Assembly: GCF_009914755.1 (NCBI RefSeq)
Contig: NC_060940.1
DNA from: the human T2T-CHM13v2.0 reference genome, Homo sapiens
Direction: 5' to 3' (one strand)
DNA length: 64,000 nucleotides
The notes under the pieces are model-generated. The model saw only the letters and a program-made list of their open reading frames with translations, was not told where the DNA came from and searched no databases. The position numbers were made by a program, and so were the translations under genes. Positions 30,773 through 49,605 of this stretch are shown piece by piece. Positions within the stretch are counted from its first letter, which is position 1, and each line of letters begins with the position of its first letter.

Positions 30773-31645
30773 TTTTTGTTCGTTATTCAATCTGCAGCTC
30801 CCAGCTTTACACCTGACACACAACAGGTGCTGGGAAATGCCATTGAACCTATTAATAGGTATGGGACTTTTCCACTGATGCGGCAACCTGTGAGAAAAGG
30901 CTTACTCTCCGTACACGTGCAGAAGTGCCCAGGAAGGAGCCATCTAAACCATTCAGGTTTCAACTATCCGGGGAGGAAAGGGGATATCACCTTTTTCTCT
31001 GAACTTCAGAATTATCTGAATGTTTAACCTTGAAGATAAATTACTGCCTGGCTTGTATAATCTATAAAGCAATCTATAAAGAAATAAAGACTCCACCCCC
31101 GCCAAAAAAAGGAGAAAGAAACACATTTGTGATTAATACCCTCTGTTGAATCACAAGAATTCAGGAGTTATTAGAAAAAGAGTCATTAAGGATCCATAAT
31201 TTAAAAGTAAAATTTAAAATTCCAAGAAGAAATTTGTGCAGCACCCTTCCCTTCTCCAACCTTCCAGGAGTGAGGAACTGATAAGGCAAATAAAATAAAG
31301 AATTATTATGTATTAATCAATAATGAATAATGAATCAATGAATAAGGAGCTGAAGCTAGAAATCAGAGCACTCCCAGCTTTGCCTTTGTATTGTTATCAA
31401 TCAAGATCACTTTGGTTAATAATAAAAGGCTCAAAATATACAGATGGGGCGAGTCCTGGCACAGAGCCTTACAGGAATGAGAATGCAGTGGCCCACTTCT
31501 CTCTCATTCCTTCAAAGCCTGTGCACAAGAAGAATGGAGAGGTAAGAAGGAAAGTAATTTCCCTCCTCTCTACCCAAGCAAGGGGTATCCCCAAGGTACA
31601 GAGAGGAAACTCTGGCGAGCAACAAGGCTTTATTAGACCATGATA

Positions 31646-31935
31646 GGCTGGGTGTAGTGGCTCATGCCTGTAATCCCAGTACTTTAGGAGGCCAAGGCAG
31701 AAGGATCACTTGAGCCCAGGAGTTCGAGACCAGCCTGGACAACATGGCGAAATGCCATCTCTACCAAAAAATGCAAAAAGTAGCCAGGCATAGTGGCGCA
31801 CACCTGTGGGACCAGCTGTTCGGGAGGCTGAGGTCGGAGGATCACTGGAAGTCAAGGCCGCAGCAAGCCGTGACTGGGTCACTGCACTCCAGCCTAGGTG
31901 ACGGAGCAAGACCTGCCTCAAAATAACTAAATAAA
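31646..31935 (+). mobile_element. AluJ
   Basis: Diverged dimer. Confidence 0.9.
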
Positions 31936-31967
31936 TAAGAATATTTTATTCTCAGTATTTCTTTTCA

Positions 31968-31996
31968 TATACACACACACACACGATACACACGCC

Positions 31997-32043
<47 letters not shown>
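31968..32043 (+). repeat. (CA)n microsatellite
   Basis: Directly visible. Confidence 0.95.
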
Positions 32044-32044
<1 letters not shown>

Positions 32045-33256
32045 AGTCAAAGAACTTTTGAAGCAGATTAACTCCAAAACCAAGGTTAGGAAGGAAATCC
32101 CCCAGGACACTACTCATGTTTGATGTTGGTTTTCTGTTTGTTTCTCTTAGAGCTCTTACAATCTCTTTCCTGAGCAATGGGTGAAACTATTTTGGGGGAT
32201 CCGGCAAGGAGATCTTCCACTGGCTTTTAGTCAAAAGCTGAGCCGACAGACATTCCAGCAGCAACAGACCCAACCACCAAGACCCATTGTTGGACAAGCA
32301 CCTAAGGATTTGCAAACCGGCACAGCCACGCCCCAAACCCACGCTGTGCACTCCGGGGACCACGCTGCGGGTGAGCAGAGCTGCAAGTCTGCAAGGCCCC
32401 AATTTATCCGTTAACTGCCCAGTTCTCCCTGGAGACTCGCAGCTTCTGGGTGTGGGGACTGTTTCTGTTCTTGTGGGGACCTATTCCATTGTCTTGCCTT
32501 GGCACAAACACTCCGTGAGCTGGAAAACCCCCAGCTGCGTCTCAGACTGAAGCTTAGAAGCATCTTCTCCTTCTCCCATCCCGACTCTCCCACGGACGAC
32601 CCCTTCCCCACATGAACCTCCTCATCCCTCTCCCTCTCCAAGTACATCCCCGTGTTGGGGCCTTTGTATCTTTGGTGAATTCTGCCATCTGGCCCAAGCC
32701 TTTGTAGGCATCCAGGAGGCTTTGGAGGGGAGGATATTTGATAAATGATAGTTGCTCTAAATGAGCTGGAACAAGACACAGACAGAGACTTCCCATGGAA
32801 AGCTGAGAAATGTTTATTCCCAGAAGACAGTGGTGACACGATGTCCAGCCACCTGTCAGCCAGTGATGCAGGGTTGGTGGCTCTGAAATGTTAGGTCTCC
32901 CAGCCCGGACACATATGGCTGTCTTCTGGTGACTGTTTCTCTCAAACTAACCACGCGGGTCCATTAGAAGCTGCCATGCTCTCAGAGGAGCCCCCGCCAC
33001 ATTCTGCCAGCCTCAGCTCCAGAGGTGTTGCTGACCTGGGGGGATGCTGGTCATGGAGGAAAACCAGGCAGGAGTGGAGATGTCACAGAGTCTGGCAGTT
33101 TTGAGACCCTTCCTGCAATCTGGTTGCTCAGCCTCAGCTTCCATTCTAGGAACTACTCACTGCCTTGCCTGAATCTTGTTTCTGTCACTTAAACCCAAAG
33201 AGTTATGTTGATTCCAGGGTTTTTATTGTGGTACAATACACATAACGTAAAATTTA

Positions 33257-33862
<606 letters not shown>

Positions 33863-34559
33863 AAATGTATCATTTTAACTATTTTCAAAATGTAGAATTC
33901 TGTAGCATTTAGCCCATTTATAAAGCTATGCCACCATTGCCACCCTCTAGTTATAGAACATTTTCATCACCCCAAAAGGAAGCCCATTCCCTGAGCAGCC
34001 ACTTCCTGGCCCCACTCTCCCAGCCCCTGGCAACCACTCACCTGCTTCCTGCCTCTGTGGCTTTGCCTGTTCTGGATGTTTCATTCCAATGGAGTCATAC
34101 GGCATGTGGTCTTTTGTTCAAATCCAGTTTTAGGGCAGTCCTGGAGCAGCACTCACCACTCAGTCCGAGGTGGCTTCCCTCTGTGATAAGGTCCCCTCAG
34201 GAGTCCTGGCTGCCTAGTCCCTCAGCCTCACCAAGGGCACTTTGCTAAGGCAGGTGGGTGGAGTGGACGGCCAGGTTCCTATGAAGCCATATCAGAGTTT
34301 GAGTCCTCCCTTTTCCCTTTCATTCACTGAATACTTGTAAGCATCTATTTGACACCCACTACATGCCAGGTGCCGTATGTGATTACATGAGATGAATAAG
34401 GTGCGGTCACCACCTTCCGAGATCTCAGTAACCAGGGAGGTCGGGGGGCAGGGGGCTTGGGTCTGTTTTCCCATCTCTTTGAGCCTCTGTCCTAATCTGT
34501 GCAAGGGTCCGATCCCCTGGCCTTGCAAAACTGTTATGGCATTTCCATGGGGTAACGTG

Positions 34560-34716
34560 CAGGGCCAGGACTAGGGTGAAGCAAGAGAGGTACCCGCCGG
34601 TGCAAAATTTAAGGAGGTGCTCACTCTCAGAGCCATGCAATGCAGGGTTGGCACCTGAGACCAGGTGTCACCTCCAGTTTTACACCTCGGTGCCTCACTG
34701 TCCTGGCCCGGGCCCT
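34560..34716. mobile_element. MER96-like palindromic hAT-Tip100 MITE
   Basis: CAGGGCCAGGACTAGGGTGAAGCAAG...GCAAAATTTAAGGAGGTGCTCACTCTCAG...TGCCTCAC...GGCCC. Confidence 0.7.
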
Positions 34717-35649
34717 AACAATGTGTGCACACACAGCAGTGCCCAGCACAGCAGGCTGCCAATGACAGCTTCCTCCAGGCCTGGCATCTCACCACAGACT
34801 GTCCTCCTTCTCTTTGAACATAATCATCTCAGCAAGTTTATGAGACATCTCAGTCTCTTAGCTTTCCTCCTACAGATGAGCCTCGGAGAGGTTTAGGAGC
34901 TTCCCTAAAGCCACAGAGCATGTGAGGGGCCAGCCTGGAGCATGAGCCCAACTCCACCTGACCTCCAAGCAGGAGCTTGTCCTCCTAAGAATGAAAGCAC
35001 TCGTCCTATGTGGTGCCCCAAAGTGGGGGACCTTTCTGAGGGCTTCACCTGCATTAACGCATTCCCACCCCACCCCCGTTCCCCACCATCCAATGAGACA
35101 ACTGCTAATTTCATCCCCCTTTTATACCTGCAGCCCGGGGGGTAGGGGGTCAGCCAGCTGGCTCCGGTACAAGTTCACGAGGGGAGGAGCTGGGTGGGGA
35201 CCTGATGATGTGGCTGCATGGTTCCCCAACATCTTCTGCATTTGGCCCACATACAGTGCCATCCTAGTAGATATTTGGGGCTTGCCACCATTGATTTAGC
35301 CTTGGTCCATAAGAGGTCATCATGGCCCACTCAAAAGTTCACTGCCTCAGATGCCCTCTCCCAGGACCCTGCCCAAGGCAGTGACTGTGGGCGTTATAGC
35401 CTGTGTCTACTGAAGGGGGTGTGTCCACCAGGGAACTCACCTGCAGTGGCGTGTGTCCTGAATGAACATGCACACGCCACTGCCCACACACATGCACACA
35501 CATGAACACGTGTGTACTGGAAAGCAACCGAAAATCCCTAGAAGAGCTAGAGAGGCATGGAGAAGCACATTTCTGATTTTTGCAGACACCCAGTGGCCAG
35601 AGACCACTGTTATGCAGCTCTAGCCTGAAACCCTTGCTCCTCTCAGCCA

Positions 35650-36068
35650 GTGTCAGCCACAGCTCTCCGGAGAAACAGAACTAGCAGGAGGTTTAATATG
35701 TGTGTGCCTGTGTGTGTAAAGAGAGAGAGAGACAGATTTTTAGGAATTCCTCATATAACTGTGGAGGCTGGTAAGTCTGAAATGTGCAGGGCAAGCCGGC
35801 AGGCTGGAAACCCAGGCAGGAGCTGATGCTATGGTCTTGAGGCAGAATTCCTCCCTCCCAGAAATACCTCGGAGTTTGCTCATAAGGTCCTCCCCTGATT
35901 GGATAAGGCCCACCCACACTGTCAAGGGTAATCTGCTTCCCTTGAGGTCAGCTGATGGGAGAGGCTGACCACATCCACCAGCACCTTCTCAGCAGCACCC
36001 AGATGGGTGTCTGACTGGACCATTGGGCACGGGAGCCTGGCCACAGGACATGTGAACCCCACCGTCAG
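35650..36068 (-). mobile_element. MLT2-type ERVL LTR
   Basis: CTCCGGAGAAACAGAACTAGCAGGA...GTGGAGGCTGGTAAGTCTGAAAT...GATTGGATAAGGCCCACCCAC. Confidence 0.85.
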
Positions 36069-37945
36069 CCCATCAGGGTCTGAGCCAGGTATCAGAACCC
36101 GCCCAGGTATAAGAATCCACTCGCGTGTCAGAACCCAGGACCCAGTGATACCAGAGGATCGGAACCCGCTCGGGTTGACACACCAAGGAGTCACACCTGC
36201 TTCTCACTCCAAAGTGCTTCTCGTAGACACGCTTTTACAGGCTTTCTTTGACATGAAATGTTACTTGGGAGACTCTCCAGCACACTGCAAAATGTAAACT
36301 GTGATGGTATGCATATGCGCCTGTATATCAGAGGACCAACATGAGATGTGTTGTTGAAAATCTTTTTGTTGGGTTGCCTCAGAAGGGCTGTCTTGCTAAA
36401 CAATGGATTCTACAAAGTGACCAAGCAATAAAAAGAAACTTCGAGTTTTAAATTTCAGCTAATTCTCTCATCTACAACAAACCCTTCTTTAATAAAAATG
36501 ACTGCAATGAAAAAATCCCTAAATAACAAAAAAGCCGCCTGACTCAAATCAATGAGCAATATCACTCCAGCCACATCCAATGGAATGAAACGGCACAAGA
36601 TTACTGCTATGAGATCCGACCCGTAGAATTCAAATGTGCATGACCTTGTCCTTATGAAATGAATGGTGGGAGCGGAGAAGCCAGCAAAGGAGAGTTACAT
36701 TCAACTCAAAACCAGGAAGTCAACTTCTCCTAAGAAAGGCCCCTTAAAATGTTCAGGAGAGTTTGTATAATCACAAATACATAGGGGAAAAAAATCGTAA
36801 ATATACTTTTCATTACGGTTGAAGAAATGGAAGAGAAGTCTACTTTGCAAATGTGGGGGGAAGCCCTCTGACTCATGAAATGGGGGGGTAGGGTAAGGGA
36901 AGGAAACATTTGGGATTAAATATTGTCATTTGAGTGGCGCAGCTGATGAAAGCCAGGAAATTCTAAATGTGTGCACCGACAATCTGCCACTCCAATTTTA
37001 CACTCCGGACTCCTGAACAAAAGCTACACTGTGAGGTGCCTGGGGACGGCGCTGGCGTGACTGCGGAGGGAACGGGGCACAGGTTTCCTTTCAATTTAAT
37101 GACTTTTCAGTGGTGAGTGTGAAAACCAAAATGTTGTTCTGCGAGGCAAGGCGGACGCTTGGCCCTGCCCCCTCCCCCAAGCACTCCAGTGAGATGATTT
37201 CGTGACTGGGGACAGTCATCTTGCCCTGTGTCACCTCGAAGCATTTAAATCCTGCTCCCACCAGCAAGATCCCTCCTGCCCTCCATATGGACGCATGGGG
37301 GCAGCCACACCATCCCTGGGTCCTGAGCCCAGACAACCCTGGCACTGTCCCCACCATAGTGAATTAACCCTGGCCATGGCTGATGCTGGCTCTCTACAGA
37401 AAGCCAAATGCCAGCGTGCAGGGAATCAGCCCAGGAGGAGACTCTGTGTGTGTTCAGAGTCAAAGAGCCCCTTAGAATGGCAGGCACTGTTCGCTGATGT
37501 GCATTCTGGGGTAAATGACAAGGAGACCGTAAGTCACATTGCCCCCAGGGCTCCCTGTGTTTATTTACTGAGTTCAGCCAACAGCCTCCGAAGTGATTTA
37601 GACGGCCCTCCAGATAAAACTCTGGGAGATTCAAAAGGAGCTTTTACAAACTTAACCTTGCCTGGGTGGTGGGCGCAGGCGGGCGGGAGAAAGCACAGAG
37701 GAGGCATCGGAAGGGGCCTGGGGCCTAAGACCACCTCCCGTGACCGCCTCTGAAGTCTAGGGGTGGTTCTTTGAGCATAAGACTGAGGTGTCCGAGGGAC
37801 AGAGGTACCCTAGGCCCCAGGCCCAGGAACCCAGAGCAAAAACAGCTCCGCAAGTCGCCTGCCCAAGCATGAAGCTGCAGAGAGCATCGGAGGAAAAGAA
37901 AAAACACCCAGGCCTTGAGACCAGAGGGAGAAACCATGAGGCAAT

Positions 37946-38636
<691 letters not shown>

Positions 38637-40543
38637 TTAAAGAACACCCCAGCCTGCACTAATGGGCCTAGGGCGATGCCCACACTTGCAGGAACCCACC
38701 ACACACCGCCTGTCCTCCTCCTCCAGGCTGCCCCGCAGCCCTTCAGCCATGCAGGATGCTTTCCTGCCTCCACACCTCCACCTAGGCTGTTCCCTCTGTC
38801 AAATGCCCTTCCCACACGACTTCCCCCTAAGAAATCCTAATTGTCCCTTAACACTCAGCTCAAAAGTCATTTCCTCCAACGCACCTGGGACAGAAGAGAC
38901 CACACTCTGCCCACGTTCCCCAGAAACTCCAGAGGGAGCAGGACACGCTTACCCCTGTGAGTCTGAGAGGCGGGGTTGGGTGTTCATCTGTGTGCACTTG
39001 GTCCCTGAACACGGCAGGTGCTCCATAAATGTCAGGCCCACTCCCCTAGACATCAAGAGGGCTGCATCCTCCAACAAAGCCCCTCTCAGTGACAAGCGTA
39101 TCTCAGAGCCCCCACAGTCTCTGACCATAGCAACAGGACCAACATCCCAGTCGAAGCAGGGGTGTCCCAGGCAGCAGGCCAGGACCACGCCGCATGTTCA
39201 CAGGCTCAGTTATAGCCGTCGACCACGCCACGGCGCCCAACCACGCCACGGAGCCCGACCACGCCTCGACCAAGCCACGGCGCCTGAACTTTTATCTCCA
39301 TTTCTCAGGTGAGGACCTGAGGCTCGGGTGGCCCCGTCACTTTCCTAGGGGCATTGGGCAAGAGGCAGGGACTGTGCACAGCCCAGAGCTGCCGTCTCCG
39401 TCTCTCAGAAAAGCAGCCCTGAGTCTCAGCCCTGCCATCCTTTCCCACAGGATTTCCAGGCAGGGCTCAAAGAAGTCCCTTCCTCACTCTAAGACGGGTC
39501 CTCAAAGCTCGGATGCAGGACCTGAATAGAGGCCTGCGCTCATTGATTTGATTTGATTTTTCCTTCTAGATAACTGGCTCAAATACCTATTGTTTTCCCT
39601 TGATCTTAAGGCAGCATTTTCAGGACAAGCAGGAGAGTCTCTACTTGCCTTCACCTCGGGCCATAAACCAGGGGACAGCACCACCTCCTGGCCGGCAGAG
39701 ATGTGGCGCCCGCTTGGTGTCCGGCTTGCAGAACCCAGCAGCCGCCTCGGACGTCCTGAGCTGCCAGCCTCTCCAGTCCCAGTTAGCAGAGGAAGTCAAT
39801 AGGGCACGAGTACCTCGTGCTCGTAAGGAAAGCAGGGTGGGCTGGCCTCACTGGGCTCGGGCAGCAGTGCGAGAGTGCAGGTGCTGCACCGTCAAAGGAC
39901 AGGCACCACCAGCCTGGCCCATGAGCCAGAGGATGCGGGCTTCCTGCAGCTGGGAGCAAGGAGCACCTTGGAGAGGAGCCCAGGGGAGCTCCAGGAGGAG
40001 GATGACCGAGCCAAGGGAGCCCCGTCCATAAGCAAGATTGGGGGGCCACAGGGGAAGAAATTAGAGGTGCAGGGCAGACAAAATCAGAAGCCACAGTCGC
40101 TCAGTGCCCTGGGTATGACCTGGCACCGGGACACACCTAGCCAATACGTCCTAAAGAGAAACAGGAGCAGTTGTCAGCAAGGAGGCGTGTGTGCCGGCCG
40201 CGCGTGACAGTGTGTGTGTGCTGGGGAAAGACACGGATGAGGTAGGCAGGGGCTGCTGCCCGGAGCTTCCACGGGGTGGGAGAGAGAGCAGGAAGGACAC
40301 GCAGAAGCACACAGATGATGGGGATGCATCATTTGTTCAATTAAATTTCCAAGCAAATCTCTCCCTGGCACTTCCGATAAATACTGCTGAAGGGCAAGCT
40401 AGCGTCCCCCGGAGGTAGAGGTCACTTGAACCTTTCATTCATTCACTAACCTGCTCACTCATTCATTCAGTAAATGTGAACTGCACTTCTGTGCCAGGCC
40501 AGGTGTTGCAGTAAGCACTTTATCCGCATCATTGTGTCATTAG

Positions 40544-40903
<360 letters not shown>

Positions 40904-41269
40904 TAAGTTAGTTAACTTATCCAAAGTTACACAGCTTCTGAGTAGCAGAGCTGGAATTTGAGCCAAGGTTCAGCCCCAAAGCCAAGATATTAATTGTGCT
41001 AAGTTCCATGGTGGCCCTTCACGCAGAAGGTATTTACTGAGCTCCTGTCATGGGGCAGGCAGTTGAGCCAGGCTCAGGGGCTACACCAGGGACCAGAACA
41101 GAGCTGCACCTGCTCACACCAAGCAGATGGGCAGAGGTAAGTCGTGGATGCACAAACCAGCAGGAGAAGAGGCACCAAGCAGAGCTGCCTCCACCCCGGC
41201 TCGCATCTCACGGCTCTGAGCCTCAGTTTTCTCATCTGGAAAACAGGGATAAAAATAAGCTGGCGTGAA

Positions 41270-41960
41270 AATTTAAAAAAATCTGATACCCAAGACATAA
41301 CACCCCTGGTGCCCCTAAATACTTCAATGTGTATTTCCTGAAAGCAAAGACATTCTCTTTCTCAAGACAGCACAATCCTCAAAACCAGCAGAATTGCTTG
41401 GATACAGTGTTACTATCAAATCTGCTGACCTGACTTCCATTTTACCAAGTGTCCCAATAAAGGCTTGTGTACCAAAGAAAATACTGAACTATGCGTTGCA
41501 GTCAGTTGTCACATCTTTTTTATCTCTTTAGTCTTCTTCATCTGGGACATTCCTCAGTCTTTCTGGCCTTTCTCTCAGGCCAGGTATTTGATAGAAAGTT
41601 CTTCAGTTGGAGTTTGTCTGATATTTCCCGATGGTTAGACTCAGGGTTTGCATTCCGGGCAGGAAATCCGCAGAAGTTCCATTGCATCCTTCTCGGTGCC
41701 GCGTGTCGGGAGGCCATGAAGTCTATCTGTGCATGCATGGATGATGCTGATATTGATTAAGGTGTTGTCTGCCAGCTTTCTTCACTTTAAAGTTAAGACT
41801 TCACCCTTTGTAATTAGTATCCTGTGAAGAGGTTCTTTGAGACTATGTAAAAATCCTGTTACCTATGAAATTTTCACACACTAGTTTTAGCATCTACTGA
41901 TGACTCTTTCCAACATCAATCATTACCATGATGGCGGCCGAGTTGTGGTTTTCCAATCAC
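41270..41960 (-). mobile_element. L1MC-type fragment
   Basis: CCCTAAATACTTCAATGTGTATTTCCTGAAAGCAAAGACATTCTC...GGTGTTGTCTGCCAGCTTTCTTCACT. Confidence 0.7.
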
Positions 41961-42149
41961 ATTCTATCTTCATCAGCTGGCTCTGGAGCACACCTTCTTC
42001 AAGGCAGATTTTCACCGAGGAGTGGGAAATCCGTCTCCCGGCATCCTTCTTGTCCCTACAATTCGTTCTCCCCACAATACTCAGAGAGGACTTCTAAACA
42101 AGGAAGCCAAAACATGTTCACCTACAAGAGAGTGAAGGGGGAACCTCCA

Positions 42150-44560
<2,411 letters not shown>

Positions 44561-45014
44561 AGTAGAGACAAGCGAATCTCCAAAGAACAGCTGCCCAGGG
44601 TCTCTCTGTTCAGTAGACTGGGGAAAGGGTTGAACTGGGTTTCCTCTCCCTGCAGCAGGAGAGGCTGCTCCTTACCCCCAACCACCACCAGGGCACAAGA
44701 CCCCCTCCAGGTCTCCAGATGTCAAAAGGCTGGCATTTCCAGCATCCCCTGAACACCCAGGCAGTCTCTTTGTCCCTGTCTACAGGGTGACACTTTCCCT
44801 GCCCCCATAACTAGGGGAGCAATGGGAGGCAGGGTTTCAACTGGGTCACAGCCTGTTGGGCACAGAGCTGTCCCCACTCGAGCTACCTCTCCACAGGCTC
44901 CTGTGGACCTGCTGTGCAGCCTGCCTGACAGCCCCAGACTGTACCAAATGCCACCCACTCCATGCCTGCAGCTCTGGCTCGTCCCAAACTCCCCTCATTG
45001 GCCATACAAAGCAG

Positions 45015-45160
45015 CACATCTGAAACCTTACGGCACAGACATGTCACCTGGGTCCGGTTAAGGTGCAGATTCTGCATCTGGAGTCGGGAATGAGGCTGCA
45101 TTTCTGTCTTTCTAAGCTCCAAGGGATGCCAAAGCCTGATCCATGGAACACACATTGAGT
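45015..45160. mobile_element. MER5-like MITE
   Basis: TCACCTGGG...GTTAAGGTGCAGATTCTG...CTGCATTTCT...AAGCTCC...CACACATTGAGT. Confidence 0.65.
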
Positions 45161-45560
45161 TACAAGATCATGAAAACCCTCCTACTGAGTCAAGTAATGG
45201 GATATGAGGTTCTCTTCCTGGACCACCTGCTTCCCCATGCTGTCCAGAGGCCCTGGGGAGGCTGCTCTGCTCTGCGGCAGTGTCTGTGGATCAGATTTGT
45301 CTCCTTGCTGACAATTAGGCTGTCAGGATTTGGAGATATGGAAGGGGAGGGGCCTGGGGAGCACTGGCAGAGTAATTTCCCACCCCCAGAGCTTGTTCTC
45401 TAAAGAAAGACAACCATCTTACTTTAGGGGTAGAATTTTGCAATTCTTGTGCATTCTAAGGTTGATATTCTGCTTTCTTTTCAGGAGGGTAGAGACAAAT
45501 ACAGGAAGTGAATTAAAAGTTAGTTTAGCTGAGTGTGAAAGGAGATCAAAAGTAACAGCT

Positions 45561-46286
<726 letters not shown>

Positions 46287-46838
46287 CTACATCTAATGGA
46301 ATCACAGGAGAAATGGGGGTTGGGGGTTGGAGGATGAGAAAGAAAAGTATTTGAGGACTTCCTCTGATCTGGTTCTGACACCTCAGGCCCCTTATCCCTC
46401 TTTATAATTATTATCCCCCTCTTCTACAGACTAAGACACTGAGGCTCAAAAAAGGCTAAAAGATTTGTCCAAGGTCACATGGCAAGCAAGCTGGCAAAAA
46501 ATGTTTGTTGTCATGACTCCTAAGTCAGGCTCTTTCTATAATATCAGAGTCTCCTAAATCGAATGTCTCTATTAGCAGGTAAAGCAAAGTACAAATGGCA
46601 CATCACAGGATAGGAGCTGCATAAATGGACATATTCCAATTAATTTGAAAAAGCATGTTGGAGAAAGCAAGCATGAGGGGAGGCAGTAAAACTGGTGGCA
46701 AGGCAAGTGGAATCTTCCAGATATAGGATCTTAAGGAACAGAATGAATGATTTGGAACTACATATTTATCTTAAGAAACCAGTAGAACTTTAAAAAGCTC
46801 CCATTCATTCAAAAGTATTTAATAAGCATCTGTTGAAG

Positions 46839-47180
<342 letters not shown>

Positions 47181-47784
47181 TCACTCCAGTTAATTCTCAC
47201 AACAATCATTTGTCCTTCTTTTCCATGCATGAGGAAAACAAGCCTCAGACAGGCATAAGTGTCCTGCCCAGCTGGGATGTGAACCTGGTCTGTCTGATCC
47301 CAGAGTCAGCAGTCCTAACACTGCACACCCATCACTCCCTTTTCACCTCAGAAACATCAAGCTGCAGTCTCTATGAGCACATAAAGAATGTATCTGAGAT
47401 TGTTCTCAATGCTGGCCCAGACTCAGAAAAATCCTGCTCATTCTGATCCAAGCAGGTAGGAGACCAATGATATGCTACCTACAAGAAATAAACATTAAAG
47501 GCAAAGACAAGTTTGAAATAAAGGCATGTTTCTGGCAATGCTAGAATAATAAATACCAGACTCATCCTGCCATACTATAGAGCTAAGAAAATGAAACTGA
47601 TGAAACGGTCATCAATTTAAGAGATCATGCCTGAGGGAGGAGAAACAAATGAGGTGAGGCCTATGAAATAAAATAGGTGGTGACAGATATAAAGAATGTC
47701 CTTCTCATGAACATCAGTAGACTCCGCACAGTGGAGGAAAGGAACGAACTTAAGACAGCATAATAGAAATTATCCAAACTAAAC

Positions 47785-47998
47785 ACAAGGAGGAAGGGGC
47801 AGGGGAGGGGTGGGAGGAGGGGAAGGAGAAGGGGAGGAAGAGGAAGAGGAGGGAAGGGAGAGGAGTGGGAGAAGGGGAGGAAGATCGGGGGAGGAGTGGG
47901 GAAAGAGCAGGAGGGAAGGAGGAAGAGGTGGGAAAGAGGAGAGGAGAGGGGGAAGGGAAGGAGATGGAGGGGAGGAGGAGGGAGAGGGGTAGGAGGGC
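47785..47998 (+). repeat. Polypurine GA-rich low-complexity tract
   Basis: About 210 bp, almost all G and A. Confidence 0.92.
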
Positions 47999-48635
47999 AA
48001 CGATGATGACGATGATGTTTTAAAAACCCTTGGGACAATATAAATAATCTAACACACATGTGACTGGAATCTAAGAAGGAAAGAGAGGGAACAATAATGG
48101 TGGAAGATATATTTGTAGTCAATGGCTGAGAATTTTACAAAATTAATCAAAGACATCAAGTCATAAATCCAAGAAGATTAGAGAATCCCAAGCAGGATTT
48201 TAAAGACACATAATATTTAAACTACTAAAAAATAAAGAGAAAGAGAACATATTTAAGGGCAGCCCAAGAAACTAAAGAGCAAAGTTAAGAATGACAGCAG
48301 ATTTCTCATCAGAAACTATATAATCCAGAAGATAATGAAGTGTCATCTTTAAAGTGCTGAGAGATAAATAACTGTCAGCACAGATTTCTACCCCAGGGAA
48401 AAATATCTTTCATAAGTGAAAGTAACTTTTTAATTTCAGAAAAATAAAATCTGAGATGACTAAGTATCAGTAGACTTGTGCTACAATAAATTAAAGGAAC
48501 TTTTTCAGGTAGAAGGAACATGAAACCAGACAGAAACTCGGTTCATACACAGAAACAAAGAGCTCTGGAAATTGTCCCGATGAAGGTTTGGATGAAAGAA
48601 CTTTTAAATCACTCTAAAATATTTAATGTCTAAAG

Positions 48636-48876
48636 CAAGCTTGTCCAACCCATGGCCCACAGGCCACACACAGCCCAGGGCAGCTTTGAATGTGGCCCAA
48701 CACAAATTTGTAGACTTTTTAAAAACATGATCAGATATTTTTTTTTCTTTTTCTTTTTTTTTTTTTTGTTTTAGCTCATCAGCTATAGTTAGTGTTAGTT
48801 AGTGTATTTTATGTGTGGCCCAAGACAATTCTTCTTCCAATGTGGCCCAGAGAAGCCAAAAGATTGGACGCCCCTG
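48636..48876. mobile_element. MER30 hAT-Charlie MITE
   Basis: CAAGCTTGTCCAACC...GAATGTGGCCCAACACAAATT...AGATTGGACGCCCCTG; 8-bp TSD GTCTAA(A/G)G at 48628-48635 and 48877-48884. Confidence 0.9.
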
Positions 48877-49073
48877 GTCTAAGGCAAAAATAGAAGCAAA
48901 GGATTCTGGATTCTTAAATGCATGTATGACAATATACAAAAGATGGGAGGGACAAACTGGAACTATGAAATTCTTCCATTACACATGCATGATATCTTAT
49001 TTGTAGGTAGATGGTGAAAAATTAAAGATGGATGTATACTGTAAACCCTAGGATAGCCAAAGAGATATTGTTA

Positions 49074-49605
<532 letters not shown>

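Noticed and set aside
38662-39312. 216-aa ORF
   Set aside because: Overlaps L2/MIR-like relics and a mini-array; no recognisable domain.
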